Origin: a virus
Taxonomy: Duplodnaviria > Caudoviricetes
Strand: one strand, 5' to 3'
Virus record (IMG/VR): IMGVR_UViG_3300037311_000019
Span: 1-36,136 of that record
Length of the DNA: 36,136 nt
A model generated the notes under the pieces. It worked only from the letters and a program-made list of their open reading frames with translations. It was not told the origin of the DNA and searched no databases. The stretch's first letter is position 1. Every line of letters starts with the position of its first letter. Position numbers and translations under genes: made by a program. Of this stretch, positions 9,149 to 19,057 are shown one piece after another.

Positions 9149-9546
9149 ACGATTACGTAAACTATATGCGCGGACGAGACCAATATTCTCGTGCTTTTGG
9201 CTATGTCCCGCAGGGCGGCAACAGCGGGATGTCTATATCTATGCTGCCAACAGCATCAGACCCCGGTTTTCAAAACAGAATTGATACGGGATATGAAGCT
9301 TTTCTAAATAACAAACTCGCACAAAGAATGCGTGAGGCAGAAATAAAGGAAGCAGAAGGACGTGCAGCAGCATGGGGCCGTTTTGGGCAAATGCCTGATT
9401 TTTTTATTCAGACGCAAGCGCAGCAATATGCCGCGCCCCAATTTCAAGCCCCACAGTATCAGCAGCCGACAAATCCTTACCAACGGCAGAGCGGCTCAAA
9501 CGCTATGCAAATGCCCGGTAACGCTCTAAATCGGATGTTCAAATGA
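9145..9546 (+). CDS. Hypothetical virion or ejection protein (Q-rich)
   Basis: 133 aa ORF translationally coupled at both ends (ATGA overlaps). Confidence 0.55.
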   Translation: MNDYVNYMRGRDQYSRAFGYVPQGGNSGMSISMLPTASDPGFQNRIDTGYEAFLNNKLAQRMREAEIKEAEGRAAAWGRFGQMPDFFIQTQAQQYAAPQFQAPQYQQPTNPYQRQSGSNAMQMPGNALNRMFK

Positions 9547-10424
9547 TTGCTCAATCAAAGCTGAATCAGTATTTGACTGACCCCGGCTCGTTTCAGGCGA
9601 GTCCGGGCTTTCAATTCGCGCTGAATCAGGGACTTCAAGCGACGCAAAGACAAAACTCAAGTCAACGCGGCTCTGGTAATGCTTTGGCGGCGCTTGCGAA
9701 CTACGGCACTGGTCTAGCCTCTCAGGAATACGGCGCAACGATTGACCGCCTTGGTCGCCTCGCGGGACAAGACCAACAATTCCAGCTAGGCCAAGAGCAA
9801 AATCGCACTGCCGCCACGCGCGCGGCCAACGATTTCACGCTTGGCACACAGCAAAATCAAAACACAGCGCAGCGTAATGCTTTTGACTACTCGCTTGGTT
9901 CCGAGCAGAACAGAAACACCGCAACGCGAAACTTGTTTGACTACTCTCTTGGACGGGAATCAAACTTTAATACGCGGTTGAACAATCAGAACCAATATGG
10001 TCTTGGGATGTTCCGCGCACAGAACGATTTAGCCCTTGGTCGCCAACAAAACGACATTACTGGCCAACGTGACTATTGGAACTACGATTTAGGTTTGCGT
10101 AGAAATGCACTTGACTCTTCAAATGCGCTCAATGATTTTAACTTGAATAACCGTCGTATTGACCTTGATTGGTACAACGCAAATACCAATCGCGGCCGTT
10201 CTCAATACGATGCGTACTACAACAATTTGCGCGCATTTAATGACGCAATGGGCACTTCAAACCAATATGACATTGGACGGCGAGGCGCAGATAATCAGTC
10301 ACAAGCCAACGCAAATAGCGCAGCGGCTTCAATGCGCGCCGATGCTACCGCTCGTCGACAGCAAGACATTACCGCTCAACTTGAACGGGAAAGAATGAAT
10401 CGTATGTACGGTGGTGGCTCATGA
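9543..10424 (+). CDS. DNA pilot/ejection protein (P22 gp7-like)
   Basis: SPGFQFALNQG and SGNALAALANYGTGLASQEY motifs, N/Q-rich composition, gene position. Confidence 0.7.
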   Translation: MIAQSKLNQYLTDPGSFQASPGFQFALNQGLQATQRQNSSQRGSGNALAALANYGTGLASQEYGATIDRLGRLAGQDQQFQLGQEQNRTAATRAANDFTLGTQQNQNTAQRNAFDYSLGSEQNRNTATRNLFDYSLGRESNFNTRLNNQNQYGLGMFRAQNDLALGRQQNDITGQRDYWNYDLGLRRNALDSSNALNDFNLNNRRIDLDWYNANTNRGRSQYDAYYNNLRAFNDAMGTSNQYDIGRRGADNQSQANANSAAASMRADATARRQQDITAQLERERMNRMYGGGS

Positions 10425-11677
10425 ACCTAAACAAACTTCGTCAGCTATACGACAAAGGACTTATCACTGAGGCAGACCTTGCTGGGCGCATCTCTGGTTC
10501 GTTTGAATCGCCAAAAAACGCCCTGAAACAGTATGCAGAGCCTACCCTCGTTGATTCGTTGCGTGACGCGACTAGAGATACTGACAACTTTGGGAAATCG
10601 GTGTATGACGCTCTGTACGACGAAAAGACGGGACGCTTTCGTTCTGGCGGGGCTATTCGTGACGAACAAACCGGCAAAGTTACCGTGTTTGGCTCTCCCG
10701 AATCGCAGCCTTCCCGCGTGCGCGTGGTTGGCGTAGGCAGTTCAGGTGTAACCGACCTAGGCGAAGAAAAGGCAAACGACTTTCAGCTTGATATGTCGCG
10801 CCCCGCTATTGAAATTGGCGGTCTAGGTAAAGGCTATTACACCAAAGATGGACGCTCCGCAATTATCCAAAATGCGGACGGTTCAAAAACACGCGCCATT
10901 CTTGGCTTTGACCGCGAAGCGACAAACCGCAATCGTATGATGGACATGAAGATGCGGGAAGGCGAAGCCGATATTGCGTACAAACAAGCGAGAATGGCGG
11001 AGATGCTTGCGCCGCGCGCGGACGGCGATAGAAAACTCTCTCTTACAGAAGTAGTCGACCCATCCGACCCTACGCGATTGCTTCGTATTGACGCAAATAC
11101 CTATCGCGGCGGCTCTGTAGGTTCGCCGGGCGTCATTGGTGCTTCTGGTAAAGAGCCGGTCGCTGCAAAACGCGAAGAAAAGGCCGCAGAAGGTAAAGAT
11201 TTGTTAGCCGCAGGTTTAGACAGAATGCGTCAAAACTACATGCTTTTGAATGAGCGTGACGGTATCGTGTCTAACCAACGTAGCGGGCCAGAAAACGTTG
11301 TGTCTGCTATTCGCTCCTCTGCGCTCGGTCAGTTCGTAGGCGGTGTCGTCGGCACCGAAGAACAAACGGCACGCAAAGAGCTTGATGCGTCCAGAATGCA
11401 ACTTTTGAATGCTATTAAAAGTGCGACGGGCATGAGCGCACAACAGATGAATTCAAACATCGAATTGCAAACTTGGTTGAAAGCGTTGGGCGCGCCTAAT
11501 AGTGATTATGAGTCAAACATGGCAATTCTGGACGCTTTGGAAAACGCTTATGTAAAAGGCACGGGCAAGCGTCAAAGCGCAGGCCCCATGAAAATTTCAA
11601 GCGATGCTGAATATGCCTCACTTCCTTCTGGGGCAACCTTTATTGCACCTGATGGCTCTACACGGAGAAAGCCATAA
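10421..11677 (+). CDS. Putative ejection protein (gp20 position)
   Basis: 418 aa with C-terminal LPSGATFIAPDGSTRRKP typical of internal virion proteins. Confidence 0.55.
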   Translation: MNLNKLRQLYDKGLITEADLAGRISGSFESPKNALKQYAEPTLVDSLRDATRDTDNFGKSVYDALYDEKTGRFRSGGAIRDEQTGKVTVFGSPESQPSRVRVVGVGSSGVTDLGEEKANDFQLDMSRPAIEIGGLGKGYYTKDGRSAIIQNADGSKTRAILGFDREATNRNRMMDMKMREGEADIAYKQARMAEMLAPRADGDRKLSLTEVVDPSDPTRLLRIDANTYRGGSVGSPGVIGASGKEPVAAKREEKAAEGKDLLAAGLDRMRQNYMLLNERDGIVSNQRSGPENVVSAIRSSALGQFVGGVVGTEEQTARKELDASRMQLLNAIKSATGMSAQQMNSNIELQTWLKALGAPNSDYESNMAILDALENAYVKGTGKRQSAGPMKISSDAEYASLPSGATFIAPDGSTRRKP

Positions 11678-13569
11678 TGGGGTGGCAGGATGCACCTGTT
11701 GTAGGCTCTAGCGAGTCTTGGAAATCCGCGCCTGTTGTGGGCGGGAAACCTGCGAAGCTAGGCCGCGAAGGCTTCAAAGAAGCTATGGCAGAAGCCTTAA
11801 AAGAGGCTGATTGGGGAACCCGTCAAGTCGCAGGTTTTGGCACGTTTGCGCGCGGGGCTTACGAAGGTATGAAACAGTTATTTGGTCAAGGCGACCAAAC
11901 TTCAATTGAAGCCAACAAACAAATTGCCGAATCTGCGCCTGTGGCGGCCATTGCCGGAGGCGTTGCTGCTACCGCTCCCGCTTTTGCGTTGCAGACGGGA
12001 TTAAGGGGTGCTGCGGCGCTTGGTGCTGGCATCGGTGCGCTTGACCCCGTGGAAGGAGAGCAGACGTTTGAAAACATCGCTAAAGGCAAAGCGGTAAATG
12101 CGGCTCTTGGTGGCGCTTTGGGCGCTGGCGGGCAAAAGATTGCAAACGTGGCTAGTAACGCAATGGCTCGTCGTCTTGCCGCTGGTGCGGAAGACGCTTC
12201 ACGTAACGCGGTTAGAAACGCAGAATTACAAGCTGGTTTAGACGCCGGGTTTGTAGCCGACCCTAGCATGTTCAATCGCGGGCTTGGTAGTAATGTATTG
12301 GGAAGCATTGCTGGTAAAACGGCGACAGAGCGTCAAGGCTCAATTCAGAATGCGGAAGTGGTAGAAGGTTTAGTCAGGAAGGTTTTGGGGGTTCCATCGG
12401 ATACGCCACTTTCGCCTGAATTATTTGACCAAGTGGCGAAAGATGTTATTGCGCGCGGATACACGCCTATTCGTGAATATGGGCGCGTTCCAGCATCCAA
12501 CGAATATGTGCGCGCGCTGAATGCTATCCCAGAGTCTCGCCTGAATGCTGCGGAATCGTTCCCTGCCGCAAGAAGCCCGCAGCTAGAAGCGCTTGTTGAA
12601 GGGTACAAACCGCCAATAGACGCATCAAGCATTGGCATAGAAAGAGCGCAAGCGCGCCAAACATTGGACGAAATGATGCGCGGTCGAGAGATGTCGCGCA
12701 TTGACGCTTTGCAGCAAGCGGGCAAGATGCAAACAGAAGCGGCGCAGCAAACCGTTAGAGCCGATAATTTTTTTCCTGTCTTGGGAATGCCGCGTGTATC
12801 TGGCCGTCTTAGCAACAATGCGGAAGTCGCTCCCGCGTACCAAAAGGCCGCAAGTGAGTTTGCGGATATTGCTAAATTGCGGGGCGAAGAATTATCAGTT
12901 TTACAAGACGCCGACAACATCCTTTTGTCTCTGAAAGATTTGCCCACTCGCTCCTTCGATACAAACCACGCCGTTACCGCTATTCAAAATCTTCGCCAAG
13001 AAGCCAAAGACGAATTTCGTAAAGGCGACAGCGTGCTGGGCTTTGCCAAGAAAAAGATTGCGGGAGAGATTGAAAACGAGATTGAACGGCAACTTTCTCG
13101 CGCTGGCAAAGATGGCGAATTGGCTCTTAAGCAATTTCGAGAGGCCAGAAAGAAGCTCGCGCAGATTAACGACATTGAAAAAGCCACAAAAAATGGTCGC
13201 GTTGATGCTCGCGCGCTTGCCCGCTCTGATTACCTTACTGATGAACTCGCCGTAATTGCTGGCTTTGCTCGTCAACAACCCCGCATGATGCAAATTCCTG
13301 AATCATTTGGCGCGAATACAAACGCAATGACTGCCGGTCTAGGCGCGGGCTTTGGTAGTGTGGGCGGTGGCGCGTTAGGCGGAATTGCCGGGACAGTGGG
13401 AACGCTTGGAACGCGTCTAGCAGCAAGAAATTACCTTCTTTCCAGAATGGGGCAACGCAATCTTATTCCTGAGTACCGGCCGTCTAATTCCTTGCAATTT
13501 GGAAATGCACTACTCCAATATGCTCCAGAGTTTGGCGCTACGTCCGGCGTTCAATACATGGGTGAATAA
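11677..13569 (+). CDS. Putative large ejection protein (gp16 position)
   Basis: 630 aa with N-terminal WQDAP and WKSAP repeats and Gly/Ala-rich hydrophobic segments. Confidence 0.6.
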   Translation: MGWQDAPVVGSSESWKSAPVVGGKPAKLGREGFKEAMAEALKEADWGTRQVAGFGTFARGAYEGMKQLFGQGDQTSIEANKQIAESAPVAAIAGGVAATAPAFALQTGLRGAAALGAGIGALDPVEGEQTFENIAKGKAVNAALGGALGAGGQKIANVASNAMARRLAAGAEDASRNAVRNAELQAGLDAGFVADPSMFNRGLGSNVLGSIAGKTATERQGSIQNAEVVEGLVRKVLGVPSDTPLSPELFDQVAKDVIARGYTPIREYGRVPASNEYVRALNAIPESRLNAAESFPAARSPQLEALVEGYKPPIDASSIGIERAQARQTLDEMMRGREMSRIDALQQAGKMQTEAAQQTVRADNFFPVLGMPRVSGRLSNNAEVAPAYQKAASEFADIAKLRGEELSVLQDADNILLSLKDLPTRSFDTNHAVTAIQNLRQEAKDEFRKGDSVLGFAKKKIAGEIENEIERQLSRAGKDGELALKQFREARKKLAQINDIEKATKNGRVDARALARSDYLTDELAVIAGFARQQPRMMQIPESFGANTNAMTAGLGAGFGSVGGGALGGIAGTVGTLGTRLAARNYLLSRMGQRNLIPEYRPSNSLQFGNALLQYAPEFGATSGVQYMGE

Positions 13570-13904
13570 TGAGCTTCCAACCCCCGCCACTAACCGCTAA
13601 TGCAGAGTTTGACCGCTGGATGCGCCTTTTTTATTTGAAGGCAATAAAAGGCGGACTAACCGACCATGCGGAACTGTCCAATCTCAATAGTCAGTTTTAT
13701 TCGCACTTGACCGGTGCGCAGAATGCGGCGCTAACAAGTGGTGGTGATACCGACCTTCATTTTCACTCGTCGGATCGTAACCGCGCGAACCATACAGGCA
13801 CACAGTCCGCATCAACTATTTCCGATTTTGCAATTGCAGTTTTAGGCGTTACTGGGCAGCCTTCTTCAAATGCTTGGTTAGAAGCTCAAGTGTACGGACG
13901 ATAA
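13569..13904 (+). CDS. Small tail-associated protein
   Basis: HAELSNL, HLT, LHFH and NRANHTGTQSASTISDF motifs seen in fibre-type proteins. Confidence 0.55.
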   Translation: MSFQPPPLTANAEFDRWMRLFYLKAIKGGLTDHAELSNLNSQFYSHLTGAQNAALTSGGDTDLHFHSSDRNRANHTGTQSASTISDFAIAVLGVTGQPSSNAWLEAQVYGR

Positions 13905-14264
13905 ATGCCAGTCTCAAAACAACTATTGTCAGGCTCTACAAGCGGACGGCCTATCGCGGTGGCGGCTACGGCCACACCCGGAACCATCATTCATACGGCG
14001 ACTTCAGCGACTGGCGCGCTTGACGAAATTTACCTCTATGCCAATAACGTAAGCACTTCTGATGTTGCCTTAACTATTGAATTTGGCGGAACAACGACGG
14101 CTGACCAATCGTTATCAGCAACGACGATTCCCGCCCGCGCGAACTCTTTTCCTATTCCCGTGGTTCCCGGTATTTGTTTGGGCGGCGGTTTGATTGTCCG
14201 CGCTTTTGCAGGAACGACCAACGTTATAAACATCACGGGCTTTGTAAACAGGATTACGCCATGA
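13905..14264 (+). CDS. Hypothetical beta-rich structural protein
   Basis: 119 aa ORF starting immediately after the previous stop. Confidence 0.55.
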   Translation: MPVSKQLLSGSTSGRPIAVAATATPGTIIHTATSATGALDEIYLYANNVSTSDVALTIEFGGTTTADQSLSATTIPARANSFPIPVVPGICLGGGLIVRAFAGTTNVINITGFVNRITP

Positions 14265-14755
14265 GCCATATGCCTTGGCAGACTGGTCAAGGGGGCATTT
14301 TGGGGGGAGGATTGCGCGCCGCCTTCTTTTCCACAAACGGTTATTGCTCTATTCAGACGTTTGGGCCAAGGCCGTCTGCAATGCCTTATTTTTTTGCTAA
14401 CTCAATTGCAACGGGAAGAAACACAATTCAGCAATTGGTAAATACGTCAGTAACAGTGACGTATTCTGCATCCATGACGATTAATGCGTCGCAAGGGAAT
14501 AGTTTTATCATCACCGCCACAAACGCAACCGCATTTACAATCAATGCCCCCACAAATGGGCGAGCCGGTCAGATTATTAGCGTGACCATACGGAACACAT
14601 CTGGCGGTGCTTTGGGTGCGGCGACGTGGAATGCTGTGTTCAAACTTTCCGCATGGGTAAACCCAGCCACCGCTTTTAGTCGCTCTATTCAATTCCGATA
14701 TGACGGAACAAACTGGATAGAGCGTTCACGAACCCCAGCAGACGTACCAAATTAA
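14261..14755 (+). CDS. Tail fibre/spike-associated beta-sandwich protein
   Basis: ATGA-coupled start. FTINAPTNG, GQIISV and FRYDGTNWIE motifs. Confidence 0.55.
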   Translation: MSHMPWQTGQGGILGGGLRAAFFSTNGYCSIQTFGPRPSAMPYFFANSIATGRNTIQQLVNTSVTVTYSASMTINASQGNSFIITATNATAFTINAPTNGRAGQIISVTIRNTSGGALGAATWNAVFKLSAWVNPATAFSRSIQFRYDGTNWIERSRTPADVPN

Positions 14756-14765
14756 GGAGACCATC

Positions 14766-15122
14766 ATGGGCTTTAGACCTCTAGCAAACGTAACGCAGGC
14801 CATTGACGTTACCGGATCATCAGCAGCGACCACGCTTACACCTTTTGCCTCTCAGTCGCAAGGCGAAAACATTGTCTATGAAATTCAAAACGCGGGCTCC
14901 GTTCAAGTGGCGTGTGTTTTTGGTGCCGCAGGTGTAACTACGACATTCCCAGCGGCGGGCGGAGCGCCGGGCGGATACATTGTCCAGCCCGGACAGTCAA
15001 AAATTGTTGACCCTCCTCAAAACACGCAAGCCAACCGACCAACGACGATAGCCTTAATTGGGCAATCTGCAGGGCCAACCCGCGTATACATCACGCCGGG
15101 TGTCGCTTCGGTAGGCGGCTAA
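14766..15122 (+). CDS. Hypothetical structural protein
   Basis: Strong SD AAGGAG. C-terminal VYITPG motif. Confidence 0.55.
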   Translation: MGFRPLANVTQAIDVTGSSAATTLTPFASQSQGENIVYEIQNAGSVQVACVFGAAGVTTTFPAAGGAPGGYIVQPGQSKIVDPPQNTQANRPTTIALIGQSAGPTRVYITPGVASVGG

Positions 15123-15123
15123 T

Positions 15124-16983
15124 ATGCTTCGCTCGACCGACAGAGCCATAAAGTGGCGAGGCTCTGCCTCTGTCCCGCCAAAGTCTCTATTCATAGACTT
15201 TGCCAACGGAATTACGCCTGAATTTGGCGGCACCTCCACCTTCACCCGCTCTACCATCCGCACGGTAACGACTGGCCCTGATGGGTTGGTCGAAACTCTA
15301 CTCTCGGGAGAGATGGGTATTCAGGGGGGGCGGAGAGTCGACAATCTGATTCGTGGTGCAATCAACGCGGGCGAGCAGCTGTCGGAAAATATCGCGGGCT
15401 ACTTAAAGCCGGGACTCGCCACAACAACCGGGGCCACACAGGTCAACTTTGGTAGCGCTGGTGTAAACGTCGTGTCTTCGACGCACACACTTGGAAACTC
15501 GCTGACCTATCGCGTGCGCTGCAAGATGCGTGGTACGTCGGGCAACTTGGTTAACCTGTACTTTGCCGACAATGCAACTGCAACAAAGGGCGGCGGCATT
15601 CAAATTACGCTAACCGCCGATTACCGCATTTACAGCTTTCTTGTCACGGTCGGCGCAGCGGTTGAGACCTATGGCCTTTTTGTAGACACACGCTCATTCT
15701 TTGCCCTTGGAGTCGCCACGCCCAATCAGTCGTTCGATTGGACTGATATTCAGTTTGAAAATGTCACGGGTAGAACCGTAACCGCGCCTTCAGAATACGT
15801 CCCTGTAGGTACAGGCCAAACACCCTTCGGTGTTGATGGTGTGCGGTACTTTACCTACGCAAACGGAAACACAGTTAATTCCAATGTTGTAACCGAGGCC
15901 CAAGGCGCTGCGCTTCCTAATGTGTTGGGATTTATTGCGGAACCGCAAAGAACAAACCCAATACTTCAATCGGCTAATCTCGGTGATGCGGCGTGGGCAA
16001 AAGTGGGCGTTACGGTTACAGATAACGTCAATACGTCCCCCGATGGCACAGTTAACGCTGACCAACTAAACGAGGATACGTCTACTGACAACCACTTTGT
16101 AAGCCAATCCGCAACAAAAGCCGCATCAAGTTTGACTTATGTCTGTTCTGCTTGGGTTCGTCAGGTCACCGGCTCTCGCAACACGGCGATTTTGTTGACC
16201 GATGCAGTAGGCGCTAATGGTGGACTAGTCATTATCAACCCGTCTACCGGAGCGGTTGTTAGTGCGCCTGCTACGTTTGGCGTAGGCTGGTCTGCGCCAT
16301 CTGTTTTGGTGGATTCGCCAGTAAACAGTTGGTATCGCATTCGATTTCAAATCACGTCAGATACCAGCGCAATTATTCGCTTTTATTGCCAACTTGCAAA
16401 CGGTGTTTCACGCACGTATACGGGCGATGGCACCTCCCGGGTCGGCATTTGGGGCGTCACAGTACAAGAGACAACAGCGTTAACCTACATCCCCACCACG
16501 TCCGCAGCGGTCACGCGAAATAACGACGTGCACCAGATTACGCACGGCGGCTCAATTGTGTCGTCTAACTGCACTTTGAGCTTCCCGCTGTGGACACCGT
16601 TGGTTGTCGGTTCGTTTGTGTCCGCAATTTGGGGCTCTTATGTTGACGCCAATAACTCCACCACTTTATTCCACGACGGGGCGACCAACACGCTGATTTT
16701 CCGTAAGAGAGTGGCGGGCGTGAACTATGACGCCACAACTGCCCTAACCCCGACCGCAGGAACGTCATACGACATTACGGCACGGCATTCAAGCGCCTTA
16801 GGAACAGACGTATTCCTAAACAACGTGCAAGGCACCACAAACGCGAACACGCTAGGCATGCAATTAGCCTCGACTTTCCAAGTCTCTACAGACGGAAACT
16901 CGATTACGTCCGGCTCGGTATGTAACCGCACAATGTTTGCATGGACAAGTGCTTTGACTAACGCACAAATTGCAACGATATGA
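15124..16983 (+). CDS. Fibre/spike (receptor- or carbohydrate-binding) protein
   Basis: 619 aa, Thr/Ser/Val-rich. TFTRS, EPQRTN, SPDGT, WYRI and YIPTTSAAVTR motifs of phage spike-fibre domains. Confidence 0.7.
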   Translation: MLRSTDRAIKWRGSASVPPKSLFIDFANGITPEFGGTSTFTRSTIRTVTTGPDGLVETLLSGEMGIQGGRRVDNLIRGAINAGEQLSENIAGYLKPGLATTTGATQVNFGSAGVNVVSSTHTLGNSLTYRVRCKMRGTSGNLVNLYFADNATATKGGGIQITLTADYRIYSFLVTVGAAVETYGLFVDTRSFFALGVATPNQSFDWTDIQFENVTGRTVTAPSEYVPVGTGQTPFGVDGVRYFTYANGNTVNSNVVTEAQGAALPNVLGFIAEPQRTNPILQSANLGDAAWAKVGVTVTDNVNTSPDGTVNADQLNEDTSTDNHFVSQSATKAASSLTYVCSAWVRQVTGSRNTAILLTDAVGANGGLVIINPSTGAVVSAPATFGVGWSAPSVLVDSPVNSWYRIRFQITSDTSAIIRFYCQLANGVSRTYTGDGTSRVGIWGVTVQETTALTYIPTTSAAVTRNNDVHQITHGGSIVSSNCTLSFPLWTPLVVGSFVSAIWGSYVDANNSTTLFHDGATNTLIFRKRVAGVNYDATTALTPTAGTSYDITARHSSALGTDVFLNNVQGTTNANTLGMQLASTFQVSTDGNSITSGSVCNRTMFAWTSALTNAQIATI

Positions 16984-17456
16984 AAACCGGTGCAAAGATA
17001 GGAATAGGGGCCGCTACCGCCGCGACAGTCGCTTTTGTTGTGATGTGGGAGGGTAATGAGATGAAGCCCTACCTAGACGTAGGAGGGGTGCCTACGGTAT
17101 GCGCCGGAGTAACGAAAGGGGTGTCGATGGATTTGATCCTTGCCCCCGAGGAATGTGCCAAGCTGAACGGGGCCGAGATTCAGCGGCATGCGGATGAGTT
17201 ATCAGCATGCATAAAGGTTCCGCTTTCAGAAGGCGAAAAGACAGCTTACATTTCTTGGGCATACAACGTGGGGACGAGGAATGCGTGTCAATCTACCCTA
17301 GTCCAACTATTGAACCAAGAAAAAAGGATAGAAGCATGTCACCAACTCCCCAGATGGAACAAAGTCAACCAAAAAGAGATACGCGGCCTTACGAACCGGC
17401 GTCTATCGGAGATGAAGGAATGTCTGAACGGCGTGAAAAAACAACTTGGCAGTTAG
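16980..17456 (+). CDS. Endolysin, GH24 (T4 lysozyme-like), probably SAR type
   Basis: E-x8-D-x5-T triad (WEGNEMKPYLDVGGVPT), YNVG and GLTNRR. Weakly hydrophobic Ala/Gly-rich N-terminus just before the catalytic Glu. Confidence 0.9.
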   Translation: MKTGAKIGIGAATAATVAFVVMWEGNEMKPYLDVGGVPTVCAGVTKGVSMDLILAPEECAKLNGAEIQRHADELSACIKVPLSEGEKTAYISWAYNVGTRNACQSTLVQLLNQEKRIEACHQLPRWNKVNQKEIRGLTNRRLSEMKECLNGVKKQLGS

Positions 17457-17686
17457 ACATTGAGAACCGCATTGACCAAAACACAGCCCTTACTGAGGAA
17501 GTGAAGGGCAAGGTTGATGAAGTTCACGAAACCCTTATTACTATCAAAGGGGCACTTAAAGTCTTTGAGTGGATTGCCACCGCTCTAAAACACGTCACTT
17601 GGATTCTGGGCGCGATAGGGGCGGCAATAGGCCTTTATAAATTTGGAGTAGACGGTACACCTCCAAAGATTGACCTACCTAAATGA
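17420..17686 (+). CDS. Putative holin or lysis membrane protein
   Basis: 88 aa coiled coil plus hydrophobic segment (WILGAIGAAIGLY), SD AAGGA, inside the lysis cassette. Confidence 0.55.
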   Translation: MSERREKTTWQLDIENRIDQNTALTEEVKGKVDEVHETLITIKGALKVFEWIATALKHVTWILGAIGAAIGLYKFGVDGTPPKIDLPK

Positions 17687-18174
17687 CTTTCCTTACTAAT
17701 CCCTTGGCCACCATCCTAGGAGCGCTTTTAACTGCCTTAGGGATATACACCCTTTTTCTAAAGGCAGAAAACACCGCCTTGACCCTTCAAAACTCAACCT
17801 TGAAGGCAATTGAAGCCGACCGAAAGACCCAAGAAAAAGCGGCAATCGTCAGAAACAAGGTTATCGAATCAATCGAGAAGCAGAAATTTCAGGAAATCCA
17901 AAAGGAGGCAGACCGTGCCAAAAAGACTGCTAACGACCAGCTTCATCGTATCAATGACCTTACTCGCAGGTTGCGCGAGTACCGTTGTGCCGTGCCCACA
18001 ACCCCAACCGCTCCCGAAGGCGGCGCTCCAACCAGTACCCCAAGAGAGCTACCTAACGAGGGCGGAACGCTTCTTGCAAGACTTGCTGACGAATACACCA
18101 GCCTCGCCGCCAGCGCCGAAGAAACCAGAATAACGGCATTGGCCTGCCAGCAGGCAAAAAAAAGCCCCGACTAG
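17683..18174 (+). CDS. Rz: Rz-like inner-membrane spanin
   Basis: N-terminal TM helix, coiled coil, Pro-rich linker and C-terminal ALACQ. Confidence 0.85.
   Translation: MTFLTNPLATILGALLTALGIYTLFLKAENTALTLQNSTLKAIEADRKTQEKAAIVRNKVIESIEKQKFQEIQKEADRAKKTANDQLHRINDLTRRLREYRCAVPTTPTAPEGGAPTSTPRELPNEGGTLLARLADEYTSLAASAEETRITALACQQAKKSPD
17915..18133 (+). CDS. Rz1: Rz1-like outer-membrane lipoprotein spanin, embedded in Rz
   Basis: SD AAGGAGG before GTG, lipobox LLAG|C, Pro-rich mature part, +1 frame inside Rz. Confidence 0.85.
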   Translation: MPKRLLTTSFIVSMTLLAGCASTVVPCPQPQPLPKAALQPVPQESYLTRAERFLQDLLTNTPASPPAPKKPE

Positions 18175-18180
18175 CGGGGC
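18156..18180 (-). terminator. Intrinsic terminator of the leftward accessory operon
   Basis: Minus strand GCCCCG-CTAGT-CGGGGC followed by T8. Confidence 0.8.
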
Positions 18181-18356
18181 AAAGGCGCGGGGAGGACGCG
18201 CTGAGGGTTTCACATGAAACATTACGCTTTGTTGGGCGGGATGTAAAGCCCCGTAGCTTCAATTGCAGTGAGCAGTTTACGCACACTGTTGGAGTTTCAA
18301 TGGAGCATGCAACGATTTACCGTTTTGCGGTACTTGCCGCAGATATGGTGTAGGTG

Positions 18357-18608
18357 TCACTTCCTTGCCTCCTCATATACAGCATTAACAAGAGCCAAGG
18401 CGCATTTTGCGCAGCCTTCCGGAGTAGCGTATTTAGCATCACTCTCTTTCGTCATGGCTGCAAGATTCGCCGCATACACCTCCCCCACTATCCTTAGTGC
18501 TGCATCAATGCGGGCTTCTGCGCAGACCAGTGTAGGAACGGATTGTAAGCTGTTGTTAGACATCAAACTTTTCATTGCTTCCAATGCGGGCTCGTCTTTG
18601 TCACTCAT
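18357..18608 (-). CDS. Hypothetical protein
   Basis: ORF with SD GGAGG, coupled to the upstream stop. Confidence 0.5.
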   Translation of the reverse strand: MSDKDEPALEAMKSLMSNNSLQSVPTLVCAEARIDAALRIVGEVYAANLAAMTKESDAKYATPEGCAKCALALVNAVYEEARK

Positions 18609-19057
18609 CACTTCCTCCAATCAGGGAACCGGCCGCGTGAACTAGACCAGATAGTAGGGCCGCCTTCTTCTATAATTGTTAAGAACAAAATGAGCCAAGT
18701 TACTGGCCAAAAAAAGACGGCAACAATCGTTCGTACGTTTACGACCCAATTACTCCCGAGGAGATGTTTGCACAAAATGACACCGTACTGCGTCACCACC
18801 CCCACCACCAAATACGCTATTAGCCATTCCATTTCAGACCTCTTTTTTTCAGATTGAAGAAGAGCGGCAGAAGCCATCAATTGCACAGGTAACGCCAAAG
18901 CTATTGAAAGCCGAGCACAAATCACTATGCTTGGCTCCGTTTTGCCTTGTTCAATCCCGTGTAAATGTGACTTACTGACCCCCGCTGCCAACGCAACATC
19001 ATCGAGAGTCATATCCAGCGACATGCGCTTTTTCTTTATTAGCTCACCGAGTTTCAT
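18608..19057 (-). CDS. XRE-family HTH protein with in-frame hydrophobic C-terminal extension
   Basis: LGELIKKKRMSLDMTLDDVALAAGVSKSHLHGIEQGKTEPS is a clear XRE HTH. It is followed by two TM-like segments from MEWLIAY. Confidence 0.75.
   Translation of the reverse strand: MKLGELIKKKRMSLDMTLDDVALAAGVSKSHLHGIEQGKTEPSIVICARLSIALALPVQLMASAALLQSEKKRSEMEWLIAYLVVGVVTQYGVILCKHLLGSNWVVNVRTIVAVFFWPVTWLILFLTIIEEGGPTIWSSSRGRFPDWRK

Noticed and set aside
11886-13426. Long minus-strand ORFs opposite the ejection protein gene
   Set aside because: Antisense shadows of an Ala/Gly-rich gene with no motifs or SD support.
15124-16983. Diversity-generating retroelement targeting the fibre gene
   Set aside because: No reverse transcriptase ORF and no template/variable repeat pair differing at adenines was seen.
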